Assembly: GCA_002633005.1 (NCBI GenBank) | Contig: NMRA01000102.1 | Span: forward strand, 47,208-111,207 | Direction of reading: 5' to 3' | DNA from: Phoronis australis | Lineage: Eukaryota; Animalia; Phoronida | Length of the DNA stretch: 64,000 nt | In this document: in pieces, positions 48,762 through 60,547 of the stretch | Numbering within the stretch: position 1 is the first letter of the stretch | Layout: each line of letters starts with the position of its first letter | Translations under genes and position numbers: made by a program | The notes under the pieces: generated by a model | Seen by the model: only the letters and a program-made list of their open reading frames with translations | Told to the model about the DNA's origin: nothing | Databases searched by the model: none

Positions 48762-51700
48762 ATGAAAATGGATGCAAAACAAATGGAAGAACTCCTAGCG
48801 AGAATGGAGGAAAAAAATGATCAAGTGTGTTCAGCAAATAATTAAACAAGAAATGCTGGAGCTCAACACAGAATTGGCAAATATCAAAAAAGAAAATGAA
48901 GTGCTCAATGAAGAGATTAATAAACTAGAACAGCATTCACGAAGAAACAGCATAAGAATATATGGAGTGAAAGAAGAAGACAGAGAGAACAGCGTGGAAG
49001 TGGTTACAGGCTTTGTAGAGAAATCATTGAACACCAAGATTGAGCCATCGCTGAATGACAGAGTCCACAGAGTCCACCCTATCGGAAGACCCCCACCTAG
49101 AACCACAAGAATGTCATCCAACCTTAAGCCAAGGCCAATAATGAAATTTATATCATACCAAACTGAAACAGAGGGTCATGGAAAAGAAAAGAAATCTCAA
49201 AGGCACCAGTCACTTCATATTGGATGACCTAACTTGATACAACTACTAACTTCTTAAGACCGCTTACAATGAATGACCTAACTTGATACAACTACCAACT
49301 TCTTAAGACAACTTACAATGAATGACCTAACTTGATACAACTACCAACTTCTTAAGACAGTTTACAATGAATGACCTAACTTGATACAACTACCAACTTC
49401 TTAAGACCGCTTACAATGAATGACCTAACTTGATACAACTACCAACTTCTTAAGACGGTTTACAATGAATGACCTAACTTGATAAAACTATCAACTTCTT
49501 AAGACGGTTTACAATGAATGACCTAACTTGATACAACTACTAACTTCTTAAGATGGTTTACAATGAATGACCTAACTTGATAAAACTATCAACTTCTTAA
49601 GACGGCTTACAATGAATGACCTAACTTGATACAACTACCAACTTCTTAAGACCGCTTACAATGAATGACCTAATTTGATACAACTACCAACTTCTTAAGA
49701 CCGCTTACAATGAATGACCTAACTTGATGCAATTACTAACTTCTTAAGACCGCTTACAATGAATGAACTAACTTGATACAATTACCAACTTCTTAAAACC
49801 GCTTACAATGAATGACCTAACTTGATACAACTACCAACTTCTTAAGACAGCTTACAATGAATGACCTAACTTGATACAACTACCAACTTCTTAAGACAGT
49901 TTACAATGAATGACCTAACTTGATACAACTACCAACTTCTTAAGACGGTTTACAATGAATGACCTAACTTGATACAACTACTAACTTCTTAAGACGGTTT
50001 ACAATGAATGACCTAACTTGATACAACTACTAACTTCTTAAGACGGTTTACAATGAATGACCTAACTTGATACAACTACCAACTTCTTAAGACGGCTTAC
50101 AATGACAGCAGAGTTAAATCCACTTAGTCCAAAGATGGGCGAATTTTCATACAGTTGAACAGTGGTGCAACGAAAGTTATCATGCATGAGTCTGATATTT
50201 GATGTCAGACATACACAATGGTTGACGACTTTTGAACTTCTATCCGATTGAAGAACGAAGACGGACATGAAATTCAGGGACACTTTCAGTTTAGTTTTGT
50301 GTTGTAGTCATATTGTATGAATGTGTGAGTGCATATGTCAATTACTAGTATACATGAATTGTTATAATTAGTTTTGGAAATGTCATGTTATTTTACTTCA
50401 GCTTGTCTGTCAAGTAGATAACGGTTTATTGTTAGATAATGGTTAAATTAAACTGTATTACCTTAAATTGCAGGGGGTTGAACAATGAAACAAAGAGACA
50501 TCATCTTTTTGACTTATTTAAAAAACAAAAGATTGATGTAGCCTTCTTACAGGAAACCTATAGTTTGGAAGTGTCTTTATCTAAATGGTGTTAGAATGGG
50601 ATGGTTACATTTTTGCTTCTCATGGTTCCCAACATAGTAGGGGAGTTGCTATCCTCTGCTCCAGAACCATAGATTTTAAATTTATTGGCCAAGATGCAGA
50701 TGGCAGATATGTGTGTGTGGAGGTCATTTTAGACATTACCACTTGTATTTTTTAAATATTTACTGCCCAAACAAAAATGCTTCTCAACTATCATTTCTAG
50801 ATAAAATAGATTCTGTTTTATCTGAATATGGAAATAGTAATAATATCTTCTGTGCAGGAGATTATAACTGTCCCTCAGTGGAAATAGACAAACAGGGGCT
50901 GAGGGACGTAAGCTGTAAGCAAGTTGTTATAGACCGTATAAATAATTTATCTGAAAAGTATACGTAATCTTTTTGATATTTGGAGTTATCAACATCCTGG
51001 TAAGAAACAATTTACATGGCATAATAAGTATTTTAAGTCCCTAAGTAGAATTGATTACTGACTTTGTTCCAAGTTTTTAAAGACCATATTAGAAGTAGTT
51101 TTCTTAACGATTTTATATATTCTGATCATGCTGCTGTTAAAATCACAATTACAGTCAATGAGATTTTTGTTAGAGGGCCTGGTTTTTGGAAACTTAATAA
51201 CAGTCTTTTAGAAAATGATGTCTATGTTAAGAAGTTGAAAGAAGGTATTACAAAACTTGTTAAGGAATATGCAGGGAAATGGTAAAAATGAAAATCAGAG
51301 AGTACACCATACTTTTTTCAAACAAAAAAGGACAACTGATAATAGAGAGGAGGAACTCATTAATTTGGTAAATAATTTTTCTGTTGAATTAGAAAAGGAT
51401 AACTCATATAATGAAGCCATGGAAGGCTTGGACAGAGCCAGAGTAGAATTACAATTATTACAGAACCAAAAAGTAAAAGGAGAGATGGTCAGAAGTAAAG
51501 CTCAATGGATGGAAAATGGAAAAGGCAGCTCCAAATATTTTAGCAACTTGGAAAAAAGAAACTACCAGAAAAGGTGTATTACTGAGCTTAGAAATAATAA
51601 AGGGCAATTAATTAGAAGTCAGGGCTTAGTAAGGAAGGAAATACATAATTATTTCTCCAAGTTATACAGCAGTGATAATAGCAACTTAGAAACAAATTTA

Positions 51701-54130
51701 AATATTCTCACTATGTTTGAATTGCCCGACACTCTATCAGTCGATGATGCTGAATTTCTGGATAAGGATTTTACCTAAGCTGAATTTTATGAAGCTTTAA
51801 AAAATACTAAAAACAACAAATTGCCAGGAACGGATGGTTTGAGTTATGAATTTTATAAATGTTTTTGAGAAAAAATTAAGGGTCCTCTTTTTGAGTGTTT
51901 TGAATACAGCCTTGAAGTAGAAAGTTTGTCTCCCTCACAAAATAGAGGAATTATAACTCTTATACCTAAGTCTAAAGATGACTCAGAATTACAGTCATTA
52001 GATTTCCGGAGACCAATAACATTGATAAACATTGATTACAAACTGTTAACCAAAGTTCTGACGTCACATTTAAATACTTGTATGCATCAGTTGATACATA
52101 TTAATCAAAGTGCTGTTAAAGAGAGATTTATTGGTTACAATTTAAGAATAATAGAAGATGTTATTGCATATACAAACTTAAACAAAGTTCACATCCTATT
52201 TTAGACTTCAAAAAAGCGTATGACACAATTGAATGGAAATTTATTCATAAGGTTTTGCATGCCTTTAATTTTGGCCCCAATTTTAAAAAATGGGTTAACA
52301 TTCTCTACAACAACACTACTTCCACTGACTATGTTAACCTTAAAAGAGGTGTCAGACAAGGAGACTCATTGTCAGGTCAGTTATTTTGTATATGTGTAGA
52401 AATAATGACAAATTATATTAGAAAAAATAATTTAATTAGAGGTATTAATATTGAAGGATATGAATTTAAGGTATTGCAGTATGCTGATGATACAACAATA
52501 TTTCTTCAAGACAAGATATCGGGTACCAATGTATTAGACTTCCTTCAAACTTTTGGGGAAGTCTCTGGATTAAAGTTAAATCCAAATAATTGTGATGGCC
52601 TCCATCTTGGCACGGATAAGGAATCCAATGAAATTTTGTATAACTTTAAATGGTCTGGAAAGCCAGTCAAATGTTTGGGCGAATATTTTGGGCACAGTAA
52701 GGAAAGAAACAATGCACCTAATTATGACAAATTAAAAATTTTCAAAAAAACATTAGATATATGGAAATGCTGCAATATTTCCTTGGAAGAATTGAGGTGA
52801 TCAAAACTTTTGCTATGTCCAAAATAATTTATGTTATGAATACATTAGGTATGCCTCCTAACAAACAAAGGGAGATAAATGATATTATCCATTGTTTCAT
52901 ATGGCAAAATAAACCCCCAAGAGTTAGAAGAAATATTGTTGTAAATAGCAGGGAAAGAGGGGCTTAGCTGTGCCAGATGTCAACATTTTGTATAAGTCCT
53001 TGTTTATATGGAATAAACATTTTAGAAGAAAAAAATAAAGAATGGGAGATATTCCCTAAATATGTTTATAGAAAGTATGGAAGTTGTTTAATCTTAAAAT
53101 CTAATTATGCTTATAGGAAATTTCAACCTATTGTACTCTGATATGTTATGGTCCTCGGAGCAAATAACAGACTACTTACATAAGAATATTGGTTTAAAAA
53201 TCAGGTTGTATGGAATACCAAAAATATTTTGATAAATGGAAAAACTGTGTTCTACATCAACTATTACAATGCTGGAATTGTTTTTGTTCAAGACTTATTA
53301 GATTTCGAAAATAAATTATTGTCCTGGGAGGTTTTTAAGGAAAGACACTAATTAAGCAATTGGATAAAGTACGTTGCTCTGGACAAGGCAATGAAAATTT
53401 CAGATAGTCGGATTAATGATGGAGCCAGCAGCATGCACGACTTTGCAAGATTTTTTTCTCTCCAGAGAGACATCAGTTCCTGATGTAAAACACAGTTTAT
53501 TAGAATTATTTGCTGACCAGCAAATTAAACGGATTTATTTATGCCTTTTTAACTGTTGCTCCAACCTCATTTGAAAGTTTTTAAGTATTATCAAATTCAT
53601 AAAAAGTTTACACAGAATATTTTTGAAAGAAAATGCAAATAGTCCAAAACGACAAATGCTCATTTTGCGGAGTGGTAGAAACTTTTAATCACTTGTTTTT
53701 GGAATGTGAGCATGTACTTTCTTTTTGGAATAAATTACAAACTTGGATTTCAAACGTCGTTCGAGATAACGTGTTACTGGCTGATAAGCGTGTCCTGCTA
53801 TTTGCATACTTTGGAGATCGCGGCTACGAAATTAATCACATATTAACGTTAGCTCAGTACTTTATATATACTTGTTCGAAGTCTTCATGTATTCTGTACT
53901 TCAGAGGTTTCTCCCAATTTTATTTGACACTGTTAAAACATGGAAAAGTATGAAATCTAGAGAATTACCCCCTGACTTGCTGGTATTTTTTGAAACCCTT
54001 AAACATTCAGTATAAATTCAAGCAGAGCTGGAATGTGTGAATGTGAGAGTGAATGGGTTTGTTTTCTTTTCCACTCTATTCCATTGTAATATCAGTTTAT
54101 GCAAGTAAACTTAAAAATGTGCTAATTAAC
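48762..54130 (+). mobile_element. Near-full-length decayed L1/Tx1-clade LINE in an intron (sense orientation)
   Basis: ORF1 has a coiled coil plus LEQHSRRNSIRIYGVKE and DRVHR..PRPI. ORF2 from 50439 has APE motifs (LNCRGL, LQET, GDYN, SDH), GPGFWKLNNSLL, RT (RPITLINIDYK, DFKKAYD, GVRQGD, YADD at 52480-52491) and CxxC..H...C at ~53657. Many stops and frameshifts. Confidence 0.96.
49224..50105. repeat. 49-bp minisatellite, ~18 copies, inside LINE ORF1
   Basis: Unit AATGAATGACCTAACTTGATACAACTACCAACTTCTTAAGACCGCTTAC. Confidence 0.97.
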
Positions 54131-56235
54131 ATAAAACTTATTTTTTTAATTGGATTGTTGATTATTCGAGCAAAGTATAAGCAACTATTAGCGACAGTGA
54201 CGGCACTGTCCTTTAATTGTTAGCGATAACAGTTGCACCTGGCGATAACTTTGATGGAACCGAAGTTGACCATTCATTCTGCACCACAGCATCGACGCTC
54301 TGCTCTTAAATCCACCTGTTTACTGCGAAGTTAATTGGTGCTGTTACATTCGATCCAGGACAAAGTCAACCATTTATACTTATCGCAACTCCCCATAACA
54401 TGGAACACGTTGATGTTAGTATGAAAGGGCCTACAGAATGTTAAGCTGATTGTTATTGTAGCCATTTTAATTATCATAGTGAGTGCAATGATGTCTTACT
54501 GTGGATAAGCATAATTGCTAAACTTCATCTTTTTAAAATTTTTCTAAAGCTACTACCGTTGTTATTAATGTCCACAATTTCTCAAAACTGTCTGATGTTT
54601 GCTCTCACATAGAACTTTACAATGATAAAACATTGACGGTGTTTTCTCTAATAGTTCCTACACTCTATTAGTTCATACACAGCCCTTGGCGATTGTCACT
54701 AATAGTTCGTACAGTAGGAGTCAAAGGGAGTTGACAAAGCTTAGTTTTTTTGATATACGAGTTAGAATAGAGGCGACTAAATAAGGTTGGAAATAACCTT
54801 AATCACATTATTGTTATGTGTACCAACACAAAAGGCGATGTTGACAAGTTTAACCGAGCATAATTCTAAATTAGATCGTGATGGTGGAAATCTCTTGATT
54901 TTTACACTCCGGGAAAATGGTATGTAATGTAGTGTGTATATCATGATGGGACATAGCCACTGTCTTCATAGCCACAGTCCTCATAGCCACTGTCCTCGGT
55001 CTGAGTAAGGAACAGATTGAGACTAATTTTACAATAGCAAGTGATCTTAATAAACTGTTGATGGCCAGATATGGGTTGATGGTCACTTTAAGGATGTCAA
55101 GTTTCTTTGGCAAAGCATAAGATCTTGTTCTTATTCTATATGGTTCTTATGACATAAAATTATTGTTTTCTCATCAACATTTTCCTCTGGTGAACAGCAT
55201 TTATTGGAAATGAATTTATTTAGATTATTGTCTACTTTCATGTCGTGATCTGTAATCACATTTTCCATTTTTAGTTTCTGTATGCCGTGATTTTTTTCCG
55301 AGCCTTGTCAATTTTACCAATATCCCATGCACGTTTCAGGGCGCGATATGAAGTCCAGCATGTCCAAGTGTAAGTCGGTCTCTGCCTGAGTTCTGTTCAC
55401 ATGGCTAACTGCATGCTGTTCCTCACATTGTTTTTTGCACTTACTGACACCAATTGGGATATTCTTGTCGCCATTTCAGATTTCATGTCTATTGCGTTTC
55501 CCTTGATATCCATGATCACAGCAGAAACTCTGGTCGGCATTAGGAAGTTTGAGCCCCGAATTCATTTCATTTTCAATTTAGATTTTTTCAACAAAGATAT
55601 CTCACCAGCAGTGTGAAAAGATAAGATTTTCACTAAGTGTTTTAAATATAACTTCAATTTAAAGAATTTTATAATTTAGTGAAACAACAAAAAGTTACCT
55701 GACTGTGCAGCAATCACTTCCTTCCTTGTTTCAAATTAGTTTCTTAAACATTTCCAGCCTGTTTTCATGGACCAGTCCCTGTTGTATTCTATCTGATAAG
55801 CGTGTTCTTTCTGACACTGCTAGATTATAGTATTGCATGTTTCACCTATAAAGCACCATTTGGAATGCCCTTGGCAAATTTAGGATGCATTGAGTGGGGA
55901 CCAAACACAATTTTCTAAGAAAAATAGTTATGTGACTACAAAAACAGCATGCTGGTGACGTCTTTTTTTGTTTTCTTTTGTTGGCATTGAGAGGGGGAAG
56001 GTGGGGCTACCTGCTCTCTCTAAATCCACCAATGTATCCTGTCACCGAGAGTCACTTGTCATCATTCATTTTCATCAAGTAGATGAGCCACCACTTGGTC
56101 TCTTACGACAGTTGACCAGTGTGCGTTCATAAGGCATCACTTCCAGGAGAGAAAAAGATGGTTTATTAAGCTATGATATAACGTTTACAGCCAATATAAA
56201 TGCAGCAAATGAGAAAACAAGAACATCAATAGCAA

Positions 56236-56341
56236 TGGTTTGGCCCTTGAATAACAGTGGTTGGGCCCTTGAATAACAGTGGTTGGGCCCTTGAATAACA
56301 GTGGTTGGGCCCTTGAATAACAGTGATTGGGCCCTTGAATA
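56236..56341. repeat. 22-bp tandem repeat, ~5 copies
   Basis: Unit GGGCCCTTGAATAACAGTGGTT. Confidence 0.93.
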
Positions 56342-57641
56342 AAAACTGATCATTTGCAGTAGCACTGTCTTTGTTAACTGTACCTAAAGTAAGAATATGT
56401 TGATTGTTCACACAGAATTAGATTAGACATAGAACTTACTAACATTACACTTTGTAGCATTAGGAAATTAAGAATATTCTCAATAACAAAGTTATTCAAT
56501 GTAAAACATGATGCTTTTTATTGGCTTTAAAGAATCTTCAGATAAGTACAGGTAGAACTTGAAGGGTTTCGATAGGAAGTCAGTTGAACCATAGTATACA
56601 AGAGATAAATATTATATATTACCATAGCTATGGGTTGAATGAGGCCTGGTTACCATTCAATGAACAGTGAGTAAAGTGCTCTTTTTTGTAATGGATTCTT
56701 TCACAATTAGTTTTGTTCGAATGGTTGTGAAGTGTTACCTCGGAAGATGACAAGGAAGAATTGACTTCAAAGAATCACTGAGAGTAAAGGAGTACCTGGC
56801 TGATTATTCACTGAATACTGATCTAAAATATTGAATGGTGAGCTAATCAGGCGGCTTTCAACAAACTGTTACTATGGTAGCCTATTGTTTGTGCTCTGTT
56901 GTCTACTGTGGTTCAGCTAATTTTCTATCCTAACATTCAATGTTTTACTTGTACTGAACTATAGATATGCTTTTACAACAAATGTCTTTGTTCTTGTAGT
57001 TATTTTGTTTTTAATTCATGGCAAGTAGCTAGTGATAAGACCGTACATTCACATAGTTACTTAAATGACATTTTTAGAATTGTATGCACTAGCAAGAAAG
57101 TGTTTTTCATGAATGCACTATTAGTTTATGCACTAGCTAGATAGTAGTTTTCACGAATGCACTGTTGTTTATGTACTAGCTAAAAAGTGTTTTTCACGAA
57201 TGCACTCTGGTGTTCTCTTTTACTTGTGATTCAGAAACGTAGATCACAAAGTGTTTTGCAATCCTGTTTGTCATCATGTTCAATCATTCGTTACTTTATG
57301 GCATTGTAAAGTGACAGATCTACGAGGGGCTTCAAATGCTAAGACTGATAAATTCACGGGGAATCGCAGGTTTAGTAATACACCATTGTTAAATTAATAA
57401 TCTGCACCTGCTAAGATAAAATATTTATAGCACTACATACCAAAAACTAAATTTTTATGTGTCTCTTTGTCAGTTTAACATTCCATATGTTCACCGTGTC
57501 CTATTTCCTTGTATTTTCTGTAACCTATCTCAGCCCTTTGGTGTTTAATTTTAGTCTTATTGTTTCCCCTCCCTACATTATTATGTTGACCTCCTGACCT
57601 TGGTTGCGTGATGGTGATTGGTGTGTTTTTGTCGTTTCCAG

Positions 57642-57662
57642 CAAGCAGCCGCTCTGAGCGAA
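57642..57662 (+). CDS. MYCBPAP: Candidate 21-nt microexon (SSRSER)
   Basis: TTTTTGTCGTTTCCAG acceptor, consensus GTAAGT donor, phase 1 to 1, no stop. Confidence 0.7.
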
Positions 57663-58450
57663 GTAAGTCGCAAGAAATAACACAGTTGTGTTCTTTGATT
57701 TTGTGTGCTAACCACTACTAACCATTGCGTTGTTGCGTTTGCAGGCTAAGCATGCCATTTCTCTGGTCATTTTGCCTTGAGATCAATTTTGCTTACTCTT
57801 TGATTTTGTTTGAGTAAATCTCTTCTGTTTGCATTAAATGGTCATTTCGTCAGGGTTGCTATGTCTGCCTGCCATTTTTCCTCTATTTGAATTTTGGAGC
57901 TTTCTAAAGACATTGTCTTAGCTCAACGTTAAGATGTTAAGTGCAACTATTGGCATTCACTTAAATCTTATATCAATTGATTATGTTAACTGATTCAAAT
58001 TAGAGTGGGCAAAGCTAACCTGCTACCAGAGCCTCACTGGCAGCCAAATTGAGAGTAAGAGCAGAGTTCACAATGCCCATGAATTTACAACTCTTGGAAA
58101 AATCTAAACCACTATACAGATTAATCCCCCCCCCCACCTCCAAGCCCAAAATGTGACTGACTTAAGTGTAATGCCACTGTTTCTGTAAGTTCAGCAGTTA
58201 CTATCTGCAGGCCATCGTCCATCCATGATTTTTTTTGATCAGTTACGATTTTTTTTAGCGTTCAGTTTCATTTCAAAAGTGTTTGGTTTTCCTTTTATGG
58301 TTGAGTTCCATTTCAAAAGTGCATGGTTTTTCTTTACAAATGCTTTTAATCATTTTGATAAGTCAGTGATTGTAGGTAATTGATAATTGATCAATGTTTT
58401 GATTTGAATGGAAGTATCCTATGCTTTTCTAACCCCCAATATGTCTTTGT

Positions 58451-58802
58451 GTATTTATCCCATACGCGTTGAATCTGTGGAGGGAAATACGGCCATGTAA
58501 TAAAGTTTTCCATATTCACCTCCCCCACTACTTCAACAATAACCTCTGACATGAAAGTTCAAAATGTAGGTCAATGTCCACTCGACGTCGTTAGCCGGTT
58601 CGATCACAAAACTTTCGGAAAATAGTTAATAAATCGTCACATGTAAAACTGTTTCTTTTACTAGAGAAGACTTGCAGCCTAACGCACAGGTACATACGTG
58701 TAGGATGTGATCTGTCATGTGAACAGTGTGAGTGAAGTATTTAGAAAATCTGCCGAAAAAATGAAAGAAACTTAGGAATTCAAAGCGTATGGGATAAATG
58801 CA
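58451..58802. mobile_element. MITE-like element with ~25-bp TIRs
   Basis: TGTATTTATCCCATACGCGTTGAAT ... ATTCAAAGCGTATGGGATAAATGCA. Confidence 0.7.
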
Positions 58803-58816
58803 AAACGTACCTCAAT

Positions 58817-58912
58817 TGGCGTACATGAAGTAATATCCCACGAGACATTATTCCGAAGGTCTCGGTCGATACGCGTAATAATGTCTCATGGGATATAATT
58901 TCATGTACGCCA
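58817..58912. repeat. ~96-bp imperfect palindrome
   Basis: TGGCGTACATGAA..ATATCCCACGAGACATTATT pairs with AATAATGTCTCATGGGATAT..TTCATGTACGCCA. Confidence 0.85.
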
Positions 58913-59017
58913 CTCTCAGTAGGTTTTTTGTATATATTGTTATCATCTCACTGACCACCTTGTGTGATTATGTTGTCGTGGTTACAACCCGTATCCCACC
59001 CCAGCTCCCTTATTTCT

Positions 59018-59185
59018 TCATTCACACTACTGAGCTATACCTGGTATAGCTCATTCATTCACACTACTGAGCTATACCTGGTATAGCTCATTCATTCACA
59101 CTACTGAGCTATACCTGGTATAGCTCATTCATTCACACTACTGAGCTATACCTGGTATAGCTCATTCATTCACACTTCTGAGCTG
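59018..59185. repeat. 37-bp tandem repeat with internal palindrome, ~4.5 copies
   Basis: Each unit contains TGAGCTATACC-T-GGTATAGCTCA. Confidence 0.95.
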
Positions 59186-60415
59186 TGTGATTATACAATC
59201 ATGAGAAATTATGGCGATGTTTAGTAAACATCTGATGCTGAGTCATATCAACTTTCACGTTGACAACGATATCAAAATGTTGTGTAAACCAAGGGGAACT
59301 CTATACTGTTGTTTGTTCAGGTTGTATTTTGTACTTTCAAGCTTCAGAATATGCAAAAACCTGGCGTGATACTACTGCTGGTAATGCTGTATGATAATGT
59401 ATAGAAATGTGTGTGTGTAGTCTATAGCATTGCATTGAGCACATTTTAGATATTTTAATTTTGCTTTTGAAACTTTTTACTCCATAACATTGATTTTTAG
59501 CTTAATCCTTGAAAGAAGGGTATTGTTATGTAACCAAAACCTGTTACTGAAGTCATTCAGTGAGCAATACTGTGCTCTTACATAAGTGTGCTCACTTTAT
59601 TGATTTTCATCTGTAATGGTGTAATGAGAACTAGCAACTGTAACAGTATAGTGAACAATGTACTACCTAACAGCTATTGTTAAATGAAAGTCATAGTGAA
59701 CAATGTACTACCTAACAGCAACTGTATCAGTATAGTGAACAATATACTACCTAACAGCTATTGTTAAATGAAAGTCATTGATGCATGTAATTCTTTGCCC
59801 ACGCTTTGGCAGAGAAATTCAATTTTGATTTTTCAGATTTCTCAGCAAAACCAAGCATTAAGAAAATTTTACTCTAATGCTAGTGTAGTGTGTGCATTGA
59901 AGAGTTGTCATTAAACAATGTCTGCTTAAAAATGACAAATGACAATCTTGGTAGTTATTAATAAAGGATCGATGTAGTCCTCTTTTATGCTAAGAATGAC
60001 AATATTCATATTACATTTGAAAGTAATAGTTAAATATCCCCCCATTCTAGTTTCCATGTTTTGCTATTTCATTTGCAAAATATGCATGTCTCTATTTAAT
60101 TTTTGTTTTTTTAAAATGCATTAAAATGCAAAATACATTCTTTTAGTTTTGGTGTGTTTGTGTTTCCTTGCACTTTTGAAAATATCTTGTATTTTGCAAT
60201 TTCAAACCAAACAGCTCCAAATGATTGTCTTGCCTTGTAGTGTATTGCACTGAATTGTATTGTGTTCCACTGTGTTTTATTGTATTGCACATATTGTATG
60301 GTACTTTGTCATTTGTCCAACATGTGGTTATACTGTAACTTAACTTGTCAAGAGTTATTGTTGGCAAGATTGATCAGGGCTAGTTGTGAAGAGACAATGC
60401 ATTTTCTTTTTCCAG

Positions 60416-60504
60416 CTAAAAGTGGGCCTAAAAAATTGCCTGATGCAAAGAAACTGGGAAAAGAATCAAAGCCACCCCCCACAAAAGCAGCACCGTCTAA
60501 AGAG
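60416..60504 (+). CDS. MYCBPAP: MYCBPAP Lys/Pro-rich exon (KSGPKKLPDAKK...APSKE); gene continues past the window
   Basis: TTTTCTTTTTCCAG acceptor, GAG|GTAAAC donor, phase 1 to 0. Fits the Lys-rich C-terminal region. Confidence 0.8.
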
Positions 60505-60547
60505 GTAAACTCAACTATTTCAAATTGGTTTCATTGTTTCAGTTCTA

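Noticed and set aside
48762-53953. Active LINE or domesticated ORF
   Set aside because: Many stops and frameshifts in both ORFs.
59018-59185. CRISPR array
   Set aside because: Spacers are identical, the context is a eukaryotic intron, and no cas genes are present. The same applies to the other tandem arrays.
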